DNA of 61,739 nt, filler included, from Choristocarpus tenellus KU-1152 (GCA_964200185.2; 9 parts of 9 records of this genome joined end to end with filler, not necessarily neighbours in it), one strand, 5' to 3'. Counted from the whole stretch's first letter, positions 1 to 13,318 are shown. The notes: a model not told the origin generated them from the sequence alone. Numbers and translations are program-made.

Positions 1-984
1 ACAATACACCAGAATAATATCGAAAAGAAAGCTATACCAGTTGGTGTCCTGCATATCAAAAAGCTTCTGTTCACAGCGGTGATTGTCAAATACACACATA
101 AATCTCTCTCTATATATATATTCTCAATTTGTCAACATTTTTTTTTAATCCATTTTTTTTCATACAAATGACACAACGGTAAAACACACATCACACACCA
201 CCGTTGAGAGAATAAAAAAAATATATACATTTATATTATTGTATATCATACAGTCGCATTATTGGTATCACCTGACACAGATCCGCCTTATCCCAAACAC
301 ACCTCACAAAAAAAGAAAAAAGTATTTTCATCTCAACATCTCCAAAGAGACAAAAAATATCAACATTTCGTTCGCACACGCTACCAATTCGCCCATTTTT
401 TTTTATTGTCAAAAAAAATATATAGTTTAACAAAAAATCTCATCCAAGTATCACAAGAGGGAACAGGAGCAGACACAGCGCGAGCCAACGCCCGAAGGCA
501 ACTACTGCACATTGTTTATCATACTAGAGATGACGGATCGATTGCTGGTCACCTAAAAATCGGAAGGGAAAAGATCAATGAGTCAGGGTCTGCCATATAT
601 TCAACGATCGAATACATACACTTTTTATTTTTCTCATCCAGGAAGGGAGAGATGGGAGAGATGCAACCACAGGCAAGAGCTTGTGAGCTCTTCGCTGCAG
701 ATGTTATCATTCTTTTACACAGAGTGAAAATGTACTGAACATGGAACACCTCACACTCTTGTCCACCCCACCCTTCGAGCATACCCAATGTCTACCTGTC
801 CCTCTCCCTACCTCTCTCTCTCTCTCTCTTGGGGGAACTCAAAAAAAGAACACTCACCATCATGTCCCCGTGGGAGATCAATGAGTGAAGGAAGGAAGGG
901 AGGGAGGGAGGGAGGGGAAGCGGGGGCGGGGGAGAGAACTATCCCAAAATCAACCCAAGACAGAAGTGGACAGCAGTGACTCAC

Positions 985-3569
985 CCCCCCCGCTCGGCGA
1001 GCTTCGCTGGCTTGGTCAATCTTCAATCGGATGGCCTCTATCTGATCCTTGATCTTCTTGATCTCCTCGTTAACCTGAGCCACCTCCTCATCGCGGTCCT
1101 TGTCATCAGGGCGAGGCTCCGCCTGTTCGCACCAAGAAAATCCGGGTCAAAAAGAAAAAAAAGGAACCGTTGTAAGAATAGGATGGCGTTGTTCCACGCA
1201 CTCACGCAACAGGCACGCACCACAGCCAACGTGGAAGAAACGAGTAAAAATGCACAAAAATAAAATAAAAATTTAACGGTGTAAATAATAATAATGCGTA
1301 GATTGAGTTGATTTTGAAGAAAAATAAAACAGTTTAGTTGGGTTTTTTTCACAGAATGTACGGAGAGAGCGATTTGATATCAGCGCATGCCAAAGGTACC
1401 TCCATACAAGAAGAGACAAGGTCACAACAGAAAATACAATAATCTTCCAGTCTTCGGAAGATGCAAGTGGGTACAAACGCCCCACCCCTGTTGGTGACAC
1501 AGAGGTTCAGTGTGCCGTCGAGTACCCTAACCCTTCAAAAACAGAAGGCGTTCATTGATAAAAAGATGAGTGCACAAGGAACCTAAAACATACGCCATAC
1601 TCAACCCCCCCCCTCCAAAAAAAAAGGAAATAAGGGTTGTGACTATTGAGGTAAAGGCGGAGGAGGACACCGAATTTTTGTGTTTGAACAAAGGAAAGGG
1701 GGAGGGAATAACAATTGTCACGTATTCTAACAACAGTGTAGGCCTGCTCTCATCCAACATAAAAAAAGGCTCTCGCCATCCCAACAAACACAGACCCCAA
1801 ATAAACTCGAAGCTCTTTTGTTACACTCCTAAAAATAAAAAAACGTAGGCAAACGAACATAAATACCAAGCGCACCTGCTGCGGAAGTGGAGCCAATAAC
1901 AATGTAAGTCAAACTTGCATCATGTCACATCAGTACCAACGAACACCCAATGAAACAGTGCAACTGTGTACTTGCATGCAGATAGGTGACTGAGATACAA
2001 ACGATCCTACGTATGACCCATTGCACGGGTGCAGAGGCCCATCCAAAGATTTTAGGGTTACCTATGACCCTCAATCAAGTCTCTTCCGCCTTTGACACTC
2101 AACTAGGACGTTTTAAATGCATCATTCATTCTCAGCACACGCACGCACTCCTACACACACAAGCGAAACATACATGGTTATCAATGTACAATTCACAGCA
2201 ACCTACCAACACCAAAATGAACACTGGGTAATGCTCTTTCTTGCCTTACCAATGACATGGAACTGTGGAATCACAAGCTCTATAGGAACACACAACTGAC
2301 ATTGGGATGCTGGTACAGTACTTGACAAACCCTAAAAGCTATGAAAAAGAATCCCAACTTTGCTTTCACGCCATAATCACAAGTCACATCAACAACCTTC
2401 CACGATCGACTCTTGAGAGAAAATTACCGTCCCTCCAGAATAAGAAATTTGAACAAAAAAGAAATACAACTTTTATACAAAATCTTTCGGAATAACCAGA
2501 ACAATACGATCAGAAAAATTATCTGCCCATGAACAGACCTTAGACTCAGAGAGCTGTTTGATAAAAAAATGTATGTTGTCTTATGCAGATCAAGCTCAGC
2601 ATTGACACTAAAAGTATCCTCTTCAATTGTGTCAATTGCTCCAATGTATAGACAAATTCTAATCCTTACAAACCTTGGTTGAGGAATGCCCCAGCGAGCA
2701 TTGTCAATGTGTCCCCGGAACTAGATCACAAGGCATTCACACCCATACTTCTGGCGATCCTGCTCAAGGTATCGTATCTCCAAAACCTATCACACTATTT
2801 CTTGCAATCCATGATATCGTACCAATTGCAACAATTATATTACTATGGTGAAGTGAACATGCTCCTTGTGGATGTCCTCTTCAACAAAAACAAAAATAGA
2901 GTCTATGTTAGATACTATGCTTAAAACAAAGTGGGAGGTTTGGTGATTTGTTTAATAATGCCCAACAAATTCCAAAAACAAAGAAAGGACAGGACAGCTG
3001 AAGATATAAAGTGTCTTGTGAGTGAGGTGAACCTCTCCAATGAGTGCAAGTCATCAAGAACTCAGTTTTAATTTAATTTGACAGTGTATCACTTTAGTAG
3101 TGAAAGAGTAAAGTCCATACCAACAGTAATATTGAGAATTGAATCATAAGCGAAACAATGAAACAGAGGGATCAACGCGTATTGTTCTATTCGAAGGTTA
3201 GACTACAAAACACACACTCGAATGCATACCTTTAGGCATATGAAACATTTCTCTAGTATCAGGAGCTTTAAAGTGCATATATTTGGGAAGTGCGTAGAGT
3301 TGTATATTCTATGGTCAGACAAGTAGTTAATGGAATCAGGGCATGAACTCAAAAAAGGCAGGACTTCACGTCCCCAACTTCCACACCTTCGGGAGCTCCC
3401 TAAGGGCCTTAGTGGCTTCCTCCACAGTCATATCGGGGATTTCCTCCTCCTGTCTACGAGGGCGTTCAGTCCTCTCCTTCCTGTCCCTTTGGGGGCCTGA
3501 CTCCTTCGAGGTATTGACCTCATCCTCCGTAGGAGGGGCAGGGGGGGTGACCACCTCTACGTCTGTCAT
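985..3569 (-). CDS. Coiled-coil protein, BFR1 / proton-pump-interactor (PPI1)-like; 5' exons only, continues beyond window start
   Basis: Exon 3569-3387 (MTDVEVVTPPAPP...EEATKALRELPK, GT donor) splices in frame to exon 1122-985 (AEPRPDDKDRDEEVAQVNEEIKKIKDQIEAIRLKIDQASEARRAGG; cag acceptor, gtgagt donor). The RPD motif followed by a heptad coiled coil resembles the BFR1/PPI1 N-terminus; family assignment is from memory. Confidence 0.6.
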
Positions 3570-4689
3570 CTTGCTAATTGGGAAAATACAGGAGGATACC
3601 GATAAAAGATAGGGTCGGTTGGGTGCGAAATCATTACTCTTGGGATAAAAAGCCCTCACACGGTAGCCTGGAGGTGAGGACAACAAAGTAGCGGTTTTTC
3701 TTGCATACTTTGCGTGATGATCGACTGTGGGTGAAAAAGACGATTTGCTACTGAAGAATTCTCTAGCTATTTGAGCCTGAAACGTCCCCTTCCTCGATCA
3801 CGAACTGTGGTTCACAACAGGCTTATAAGGACCACAAATAGTGGCAAAGGGAGTGCACGGCTACAAGTAAGTTTTTTTGAGATAAAATGTACGCTCTAGA
3901 GATTATATGACTGTCTATCCTCACCCTTGCAGCCAAACCTCTAGTAAACTTCACAAGTCACTCCTTCCAGTTGACTAACCAATTCTTTCGACGTCTAAGG
4001 CCTCACGTGTGTCCTTAGGAGAGGAGAGGCCAGAGGCCTGGAAGACCAATACCCTGTGTAGGAACGCAGTAGACCTACCCCTTCCCCCCAGGTGTTGACT
4101 GTTCTACAGGCCCTCCAAAAACTTCCACCGTCTAGCAGAAAACAGGAAAAGACGGGGATCACAAGGGGTGGACCAAAGTTTAGGGAGTGGATTGCTGGAG
4201 TGGACTTGTGCGGTATGCCTGTATGTGTGGCAGATCTTTTCGTTTTTTTGTAATGTTGGTGTTGCTTGTCATATGTACAGTTCGATGATACCACAGAACG
4301 ATACGATTCTTACAACAAAGTTGTGACTTACAAAAGTAGAAGACGTGTAACGAAATATGTTCTGTCACCAGTTATTTTATACTGTACGTATGTATATAAT
4401 ATATTATTATATTATGTATATTATGTTGTATTGTACCCATTCACTACTATTCCTAGCGACGTGGACCTATAGGCGATGACCAATCGGAAATAAGGAAAAT
4501 AAAAGTTGTGAAACAACATCTGTCAAATCTAATCCCTATAGGGTCCACATACTCACTCCAAACTTGTCTCGCAGTATCCTTGTAGAAACCACGCATTCTA
4601 ACGGGGAGGGGAACACCCCAGAGGATTTGTTCATCAAGGTAGCGTAATATAGTATCAAGTAGTAGTACCTGGTAGAGGAAAGAGTGCTG

Positions 4690-7008
4690 ATGGAAGAGAT
4701 ACCTGGTAGTCGATGGTTTTACACAGATGAAATCAGGGACGATTCTCCAGTACGGCTCTTCTGCTTTCCAGGGTATGGGGGCTGTGCAACAGGTAGGTGT
4801 AACTGCTTGGGTATGAAGAATTCTAGTCACTCAATGTCTCTGTTTCTACGAGTCAAGCACAATATCGTAGCACTGGAGTTACCTGCGTACTGTTTCATGC
4901 CTTGCACGTAGCCTGGGCTATAGTATACTTCTTATGTGAAAACATCATGATTACTATCATGTGGAACTGAATTTGAACAGAACGCAACTAACCCTAGCAT
5001 GTTTCAACACAATTCCACTTTAAAACGTAGTCTTAGATGCTTAAATGACTTGCACAATATTTTGAAAACTTCACAGATGTTGAATTATGAATTATCAGCG
5101 GCAGAGCATGAAGAGAAGAAAATCCTCGAACCTCACTGCAAGAAGTGTGCAGCTGACATTACAAATTTGTAAGAGTATTCTTGATATGCTGCCAAACTCA
5201 TCTTGTTAGCCCCTGAACACGCAGCCTCCCCATTATCGACGACTCCCTTTCCTTTATCCATGAACGACAGATTTTTCTGGATGGTCTGATTCACTGAATA
5301 GCGAAGCGGATAATGTGGAGTGCTTTTGTGCTCAGCTTCCCGGAGCAGGACCTCGAAGGTACGAACTACAGCGTGTGGTGCAGTCGCTTGAAACACTGCC
5401 AATTGCATCGTCAAGCTTGCACCAGACCCTCTTCCTCTTCTTTAGATTTGCACTTCCTTGAAGGGTCGTCTTCGAACAACGTTTATTCGAGATGTTGTCG
5501 GTCTCACCGAATTCGTGGTGAAGGAAACATTTCCCCCACCGATCGACCACTTTTTGTTGGACGAACTTGCCTAGTCCTATTACAAGTGCATACATTCAAC
5601 CTATCCTGTGTCCATTCTCCGATCGCCCCTGCGTTTATAGCTCTGAGCAGGCGGAGGTGGACTCCAAGGTCCTGATCGATGAGCTGGTCAGGCAGATGAT
5701 CACACACACAAGCAAACCTTTTGCTTTTATCGGCCATTCCCTGGGGGTTCAGGTAACCTCTCCCACCACGAGATAGTACATCCGTTACTGTACCCCCTTG
5801 CTAATAATTTGGCTATCTTTTGCAAACTCTCTTCTCCCTTCCTATCCCTCAAAGCCTCATCCTTCGTTCAGGAACCCCCATACATGCCACTTCCTATGAT
5901 TCAAGATGCATATTAGGAAAAAATCCTGATTGCACCAACCTAATTTCATCTTCAAGATACATCTCTGCCCCTCTCCAGGTTGCACTTGCTCTGGCCATTG
6001 AGCTCGAAGAACGGGGTCTGCCCCGTCCACGGTGCATCATGATTTGGGATCCTCCCTCTGCTTCACCACTGGTGAGTGAGGAGGTAAAAGCATGTACTTC
6101 TGAAATATAAGACACAAGACAGGTGGGGGGATGAGGGGGTGGAGAGGGTCATTCCTTGCAGTCAGTGAATGCTGGTGTTTGAGGTAAATAAGAAACAGTG
6201 GATGAAGAGTAAGCGTGCAGGGCAGGCCCTAAATAAAACCCCAAGACTTCTGTTGGGTTTGTTAGTATTGGTGAGGGCTTTCTTGTGGATCTGTGGATGG
6301 ACGACTGGTGGTAATTCTCGGGGAAGAATTTGTGATAGTTGAGGAGAAAAAAAAAAGAGTGTGTGTGGATCCGTTCTCCAGGATTTGTGTTCAAAACTGC
6401 CTGCAGGGAGTTCCACTCTTGTACACAAGGAGGGAGTGCTCTGACATGCAGCTATCTGCACAACTCTATGTTCACACACAGAAGCGGATGTCGCCTAGAT
6501 GCTGCACGCAATTTTGTACTATTTTTTACTCAATTTTGTAGCGCCTTGAATTTTTTTTTTAACATATTTGTCCCATTTCGTTCAAGTCACATTCAACCCC
6601 TTTTTATTTACTTTTTTTTTGGCAGGGGAGGGGGTCGCCGCTAGACACGTCAATAACCACCCCCCACCCCCACCCCCACCCCCACCCCCCATTCTGACTC
6701 CCCGGGATTCTCCACATGCACTCGCTACAGACACTCACCTGCCATCCCTATCTGGTCTATCTGCCTCTACTGACTTACCCTATTGCTTCCTGATCCATGT
6801 ATGTTCCCGCTGGGCCCCAAGGATGATAGCGAGGACATGGGATTGAGCTCTGCGCCCCCTTCCCCACCGCCAAAGCCTTCCGATCTTAAGTGGGAGGATG
6901 CTAGGCAGTTGGCTATCTCCCTCGGAAAGAGGCTCCTCTTGAGGGACGGGGACACGCCAGCCTCCGTATCATCTCCGATAGCGGCATTCGGCTCCGCTGA
7001 CGAGGAAG
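4690..7008 (+). CDS. Stand-alone thioesterase (alpha/beta hydrolase, PKS/NRPS/FAS thioesterase family); 3' exons probably continue to about 8000
   Basis: Exons 4690-4792 (VRLFCFPGYGGCAT), 5302-5358 (VECFCAQLPGAGPR), 5641-5752 (PFAFIGHSLGVQ, GxSxG nucleophile), 5979-6071 (VALALAIELEERGLPRPRCIMIWDPP) and 6822-7008, all GT-AG. A small phase-correcting exon is needed between exons 1 and 2 (candidate 4871-4886). Further candidate exons at about 7773-7840 and 7935+ have uncertain frame. Confidence 0.8.
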
Positions 7009-8325
7009 GTATACCGCTGTGAACCTGCTACCTCTCCCCTGTTTGCTGGTGACCCTTATAGCCCTAGCCAGCTAGCTAGCTCCTCGTGAGAATTTCAAAA
7101 ATATGAATTAAAAAATGCACCTCTCATGTACGGTAGAAAAAGAAAGTGATAGGTCGAGTCGTGCATGTGTATGTGCATGTGCATTGTTTATGTACAGGGG
7201 GATGGAGGTTACGGTCAGGGTTGCATATTTATTTATTTATTTATTTATTTATTTATTTTGGGGGGGGAAAGGGGTTGTCTGCGGTTTATTTTTGTTCGCT
7301 ACCCCATCTGTAGGGGTATGTTGTGCGGCATATTGAGGAGAGTCCTCTGGTGTTGATAGTAAGTGAGACTACATGTAATAATAATAATATTAATGCAGTT
7401 ACAGAGGGTGAGTATTACTGTATGTTTTTTTTTGTTTTGATTGGGAATAAAAAAAGTATTGATGTGTGATTTTGATTCGGGATGTTAAAAGTGCTAGGCA
7501 TGAGTATCAGCATTTTGATTTATTTATTTATTTGGGACATTGCAGAATCGGGAGTAAGTATTAGTGTGTATTTTTTACTTGGGATGTTACAGTTTTGAGA
7601 ATTATTAATATTTTATTTTTTTATTTAGGATATTACGGGAATATTCGGGAATAAAAACGTAAATATATCTACATACATATGTAAAAATCAGTATCTACTT
7701 CTCCTCTCTATGCCGAATTTTATTGAAGTAGACATTCGCAGTATGTGCTGCCTTTTGAGATTTTTTTTTGCAGGGATTGTTAGTGATGGGAAAGGACCCG
7801 AAGTGGTTCGACTGTATCACTCCAGTTCATTCTCTTGGCAAGTATACATATATATATATGTTGACCTAGTTGGCAAGCACACTTCTCTACGAAGACATAT
7901 TTTGTTGAAATTAACTGTTTTTTTGTTTTTATAGATCTTGCAAAGCCGCGGGTGTTACCAATGTCGACATAATAGTGAAGGGAGAGTGCAGTCGCAGTTG
8001 TTCACTAAGTTTTCGATATCTCCTAGTTCCCTCTTTTCTCTTCTCCTCTCCTCTCCTGTCTTGATTGCCTTTCCCTACTCACTCTGCAAATTATACAAGG
8101 CATTGATAGGGTCAGGAAACCACTGTCTTCCACAGCTTTACTCGTTTTTTTTTTTTTTTTTTTTTTTTTTGGGGGGGGTATTTTTTTTTTATTTTTTTTT
8201 TTTTTTTTTTTAAAAAAAAATTTTTTTTTTTTTTTTTTTTATTTTTTTTTNNNNNNNNNNTTTTTTTTTTTTTTATAAAAATAAAAAAGGGTGTGGGTGG
8301 GGGGGGGAATCCTTTGTTTCCTACT

Positions 8326-8360
<35 letters not shown>

Positions 8361-10349
8361 GGGGGGGGGATGCGTATGTTGATGTGTTGGTTTTTTTTCC
8401 TAACGAAGCAGGTGTATTTTTTATTTTGTACTACCCTATTGTTTTTTGTTTTATTGAGAAGACCGTCTACCAAACCTCTGTTGCATTAGTTCTAGTCCTA
8501 TGGAGGGTGGATGGCGGTACTATAGGAGTCGTTCGTTCTGCTCGGTAAAGCATATTGAACTTGAATGAGAGTAACTTTAATGCTGTTTACCGGATTGTCT
8601 TGACTGTGACTATTGTTTTTTGAATCGAGACAATGTAAGTTGAATTCAAGTTCAAAGTTGCCTTTTATTTTTATTTTTCCTCCTCTTGATGATGTTGCAG
8701 TGAATGCACGATTGCTATTTTTTTCTTGACGTTGAAGCAGCCCTCGCTTGTCTTGAAGAGAAGGCTCTTACACTCTGTTAATTGCATATGCCCTCTCACA
8801 CTAAATAGACCCCACCTCCTAAACCATTTTCCTTGAGCTCAACGTCAAAGTGCAGCGTGGCATTGGGAGGGACGATGCCTCCAGCTCCCCAGCTTCCTTA
8901 TCCCAGCTGAGGGGGAATGTGACTCATAAGTTAATGTCCCCTTGACAACGGGTCAGAATATAGTCCCCGGACTGAATCAATGATAATTACATCAATAATG
9001 ATTCACCTTGAACTAAAAAAAGGAGACCTTAGTATTAATTACTATCTCGGCACCATGCGCTGGAAACGCCTCTCCAAAAGCAAAACTCACAGATAGGTCT
9101 CTTAAGAGACTAGAAAAAGGGAGGGGCGTGCACATAAGAAGGGCCTGTTTTGACACGTTAAACAGGTCCCATAATCTTAGCGATTGGATTTAACCAATGA
9201 CCCCTTCCCCCCCCCCCCCCCCCCCCCCCCCTCTGCATTTCATTCCTTCACTTCGAAGCACACATCTTTGTTCGTTCAGGGTTTTGTTTATCTGTTTGAA
9301 GGCTTTCTTGTTGCGCGTGCCTACCCTCATCCTGTGGTGCAAGCACAGCTTCTTTTTTTTTACTGGTATAATAAGGGTTAGGGTTAGGGCCTCTACTTGG
9401 GAGTGTATGGAAACAACACGGCATGGTCAAGTGCACAATTGGTGTTGGGTTCATTGGACAATGCATGGTAATATGTAGACTCCACCCGTCAGGCGTCTGT
9501 AGGGGGTGCATGCCTGCCTGCCTATCCGTAACCCTGTTTGGCTTGTGACCCCTCCTCTCCCTCTATCTGGTCGAGTCTGATTGTATTGTATATTGAATGA
9601 CCCGAATGCATTGATTATACCTTGCATCACATACAAAAAAAACACACACACACACACACACATTAGTTGTATACACACACGGTGCATGATTTCTCGATTC
9701 GGAATCATATGTTAACGTATTAAATTTTGCGAGGTCTGTTCTCCCCCAGGAACGACCCACTTTAATTTCTATTGATTGGGAGTCGTGAAAATTTTGAGCT
9801 GTTGGGCTGTCATGATGGTGGAGGATCACCGGCGCGAAGTGCACAGAGATAGAATAAAAATATACATATATACATACATACATATATACGTATATACATA
9901 CATACATACATACATACATACATTACACCGAAAAATTGCCGGGAGGTATAAGCTTGTCTTTGGAGCATGGAAAAGACCTTGCTTTTGATTTAGATGCCTT
10001 CCAGGTAGGGAACACCAAGAGGCTGCGCGAAAAAATAAAATACAAACGTATGTGGATTAGAGAGATCGGCCAAAAGTGCATGGTAAGATGAGGAAATAGT
10101 ATGCAATCTGATGGACCTGCGTGCTTGGGACCTGTGCATTTGTATTACGGCATCTGCTGCCTGTGTAGAGGCAGTCTTCTTCCGAGGCAACTGACACACT
10201 TGCCTGGTTTGACTGGTTTGACCCTCTCCTATCCTCCCTTATCTCCTGCCCCCCCCCCCCCCCCCCCCCCCCCCCGCCTTTTTTTTTTTTTTTTTATTTT
10301 TTTTTTTTTTTTTTTTTTTGGCTTTTTTTTTTTTTTTTTTGGGGGGGGG

Positions 10350-10449
10350 NNNNNNNNNNNNNNNNNNNNNNNNNNNNNNNNNNNNNNNNNNNNTTAATTA
10401 ATTAANNNNNNNNNNNNNNNNNNNNNNNNNNNNNNNNNNNNNNNNNNNN
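10350..10449. other. Artificial contig linker (N44-TTAATTAATTAA-N44)
   Basis: Identical 100-nt spacer with a six-frame stop. Also at 13533-13632, 25731-25830, 29782-29881, 38279-38378, 47937-48036, 51384-51483 and 58185-58284. Confidence 0.97.
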
Positions 10450-10467
10450 CATAGCAATAAAAAATAA

Positions 10468-10639
10468 GGGGGGGGGAGGGGGGGGGGGTCTACACCAGGG
10501 TGTCCATTTGGACCAAAATGAGGAAAAGTGCATTTTCATCGTCCATCCAATGCATGCAACCAAATCACCCAAAAAATCGCAACATGACAAAATTGACCCC
10601 AAATGGACAGTCGCCACCCCCCCCCAGACACTTTGAGCC
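10468..10639 (+). mobile_element. MITE family A copy (G-run TIR family), left TIR missing
   Basis: G-run-TCTACACCAGGG...ATGCATGCAACCAAAT...GGACAG-C-run-AGACACTTTGAGCC; homologous to the copies at 13135, 26643, 58285 and 61653. Confidence 0.85.
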
Positions 10640-10797
10640 TCTAGTTGGATCCCTCTCCACACCTCTTTCCCCTTATCATTTCTCCTTGAGCGCATGTCTT
10701 CAATCTCTTGATTCAATATATTCCTTCCTCAGTTCACCTGCCTGCCCAGTTACTCACCATTCCCATTGACTGTTTCCAATGGGGTAATCTTCTTCAG

Positions 10798-12926
10798 CTT
10801 CTGGGAGCCAGGAATAGTGCCTGAGGTGCAACGTATGAGGCATGAAGCATATAGCCAGAGGAGGCATGAGATGATGCGACTCTGTCGGCAGGAGAGGAAA
10901 AAACTCATTAATGCTGAGCACAAGGTGAGGATATGAGAAGTGAGGGAAGGAGGATGTGTTGCCATGACAGTTCTTACACAGTGGAGGTGTGCAGCAACTC
11001 AGATTTGTACCTCTCATATGGAGAAATGGTCCGATTGTACCATATCTCTTTGGGTGGGACTAAGGTTATTCCAAGTAAAACGATAAGTAGCGTTTCATCA
11101 CCTGATTGGTGGTGTATTCCAGAAAATCTGTTGAGGTTAGTATGCAAGGCTCTAACCTGGGTTGCCATGCAATCTCTCCGAGTTTTTTTTTGCATTAAGG
11201 ATATTTAAAAGGGATCTGTTTTCTTCTATGTGAAGGAGGATGCAGTGGACAGGGTTTGAAACAGGTTGAGATATAGGTTTTCGGGAAGTATATTGGTGGA
11301 AGTGTGACTTCTTACAGCTGTCAGAGTTGTAGAGGAAGACTTCAGACGATCAGCACGAATAAAGATGGCACAGTTAGCATTGAGTATAACTGTGCATAGA
11401 AGAACCTAATCCACCAGTATAAGATGTTAAGTACATGATCCGATGCATGATCTGATGCTTGCTCCACCTATGCATGGGCAAACAATACATGATGAAGAAG
11501 CGGCATGGGATTCCCTCCCAGTCCACCCTGGTGTAGACCTCTCCCCCCCTCCAGATACTTTGGGTCAGATATAATCTGTTTTCCTTGTCCTCTCTCAGTT
11601 AGGTGGTTCATAGGGGTCAAGAGTAGTCCAAACCAATCTGCAGTGGTACTTTAGAAAGAGAAAGAATCCACCAGAGGAATATTTTGGTGTGTCTTTCCTA
11701 CCTATCAAACCCCCAACTGCAGTTTTTTCTCTTCTTTTCGGTCAGAGAGAAGTATTCTCTCATACACCTGAACGTCCTTGCCCACATCAGCAATAATGGC
11801 ACCATTTTTTGCAAAGCGGCGGTTGTTAGTGAGTTATAGAGGGTGGTGAACTGGATTGCTTTGGTCGATTTGCTAGGAATGTATAGCGTTCTTCAGTAGA
11901 TCTGAAGTGTCTTGGGGTTTTGGTGGGGTGTCCATATTTGACTCAGCCTACCTACCAACGACATTTGGTGGTTCAGAGAGACCTCTAGATCTTGACTTCT
12001 GGTATTCCTTTGTTTTCAACCGAACTCAAACCTGTGTGCATAATTCTGTCAGTTTTTTATTTTTCTACGGGATCTCTTCTCTGACATGAATGCTTGATGC
12101 AGAATTTACCTAGTCATTTTTCTGGTCTGTAATAATGTAAGGTGCGAGGGTTATTGATATTTGTTCTTGATTCTTTGAACCTAGAATAAATTGTAAACAT
12201 TAATGTCACACACGTGCCAATGCGCTATTATTCCTAGCAAATATTTCTAGTCTTGGATGCATCATGTCAAGAAAAAGCAACCTACCATAGTAGTAGTGGA
12301 GTAGATTCACAGAGATTTATGGACTTTGTGTAACTCATCTTATCTGGACATCTATTTGTTGATAATCTGTTTCATAAATTCTTTTACTTGGAGGGTGTTG
12401 GATATTAACCAATAACATTGAAGCCGAAGGACAATGTGCTACATTTATGGAGATATGTGCCTGCACTGTCTTTTTGTTGCAACAGTCGTGGCCTATTGTC
12501 ACTACCCTGATCAACATAATGCCTTGTGGATAACTTGAACCTGATCTTAATCCTTGTTCCTATCCAAAATGATTCCCAAGCCTAGTTTGTACCTCCTTCA
12601 ATCTAGCGTTGGATTAGCACAGAGAATCTCCTGAACCCAACATTTATCCCAACAGATCTCTATTCCCTCCATGGAAAGACTTGCTCATCTAAAATGAAAA
12701 TACTCTAGTTAGCTATCAATTTTCACACTCGTTTCTCAGTCACATCCAACAACAAGATCTCAGTCCTTCACTCCCTTACCCCTATACCCCTCTCTAGCAA
12801 AATTCTATTTCACATTCTGCTGGTAGTCTGCTGACCCCTGCACAGCTGCTGGATCAGCAGCAGAGGGCCAATGCAACAATGATTGAGAACGAGGAGCGAA
12901 GGATGGAGAAGATGCGACTGAGGCAG
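10798..12926 (+). CDS. Internal exons of a conserved-looking hypothetical coiled-coil protein
   Basis: Exon 10798-10924 (FWEPGIVPEVQRMRHEAYSQRRHEMMRLCRQERKKLINAEHK, cag/gtgag) and exon 12846-12926 (LLDQQQRANATMIENEERRMEKMRLRQ, cag acceptor, putative GC donor). Charged and helical; no family identified. Confidence 0.6.
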
Positions 12927-13134
12927 GCAAGACACACTGACAAGTACCCTGAGCCATACAAAAATATTTATTGGGGTCAGGGTTGTGTCGTTTGCTGCTT
13001 TCAGCTTTTGTTTTTTGATGCCGACCGCAAACTGTCTATGATACAAGGCAAAAAAATTCAACTCCACTTACCATGAAAAGGACAGTGGGAGCATTTGTTA
13101 TGAGCCAAAGAAAACAAGAGGTACCCAGGTTTTT

Positions 13135-13318
13135 GCTCAAAGTATCTGTGGGGGGGTGTGGCGGCTGTCCATTCGGTGCCAATTTTTCCATGTCACGATT
13201 TTTGGGTGATTTGATTGCATGCATCGGATGGATAATGTAAGTATGCTTTTCCTGGTCAGGGTCCAAATGGACCCCTTGGTGTAGACCTCCCTCCCGCTCC
13301 CACTAGAAACCTTCATCC
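13135..13318 (-). mobile_element. MITE family A copy
   Basis: Reverse complement of the 10468 and 26643 element; begins GCTCAAAGTATCTG. Partial copies also at 11521-11566, 13438-13532 and 51484-51510. Confidence 0.85.

Noticed and set aside
8140-8370. Poly-Phe ORFs in T/G homopolymer tracts (also 10250-10350 and the poly-Pro/Gly ORFs at 50158-50538)
   Set aside because: Low-quality homopolymer sequence, mostly next to gaps.
10394-10405. Recurrent TTAATTAATTAA palindrome as a biological motif
   Set aside because: It is always centred in N runs and is a standard six-frame-stop assembly spacer.
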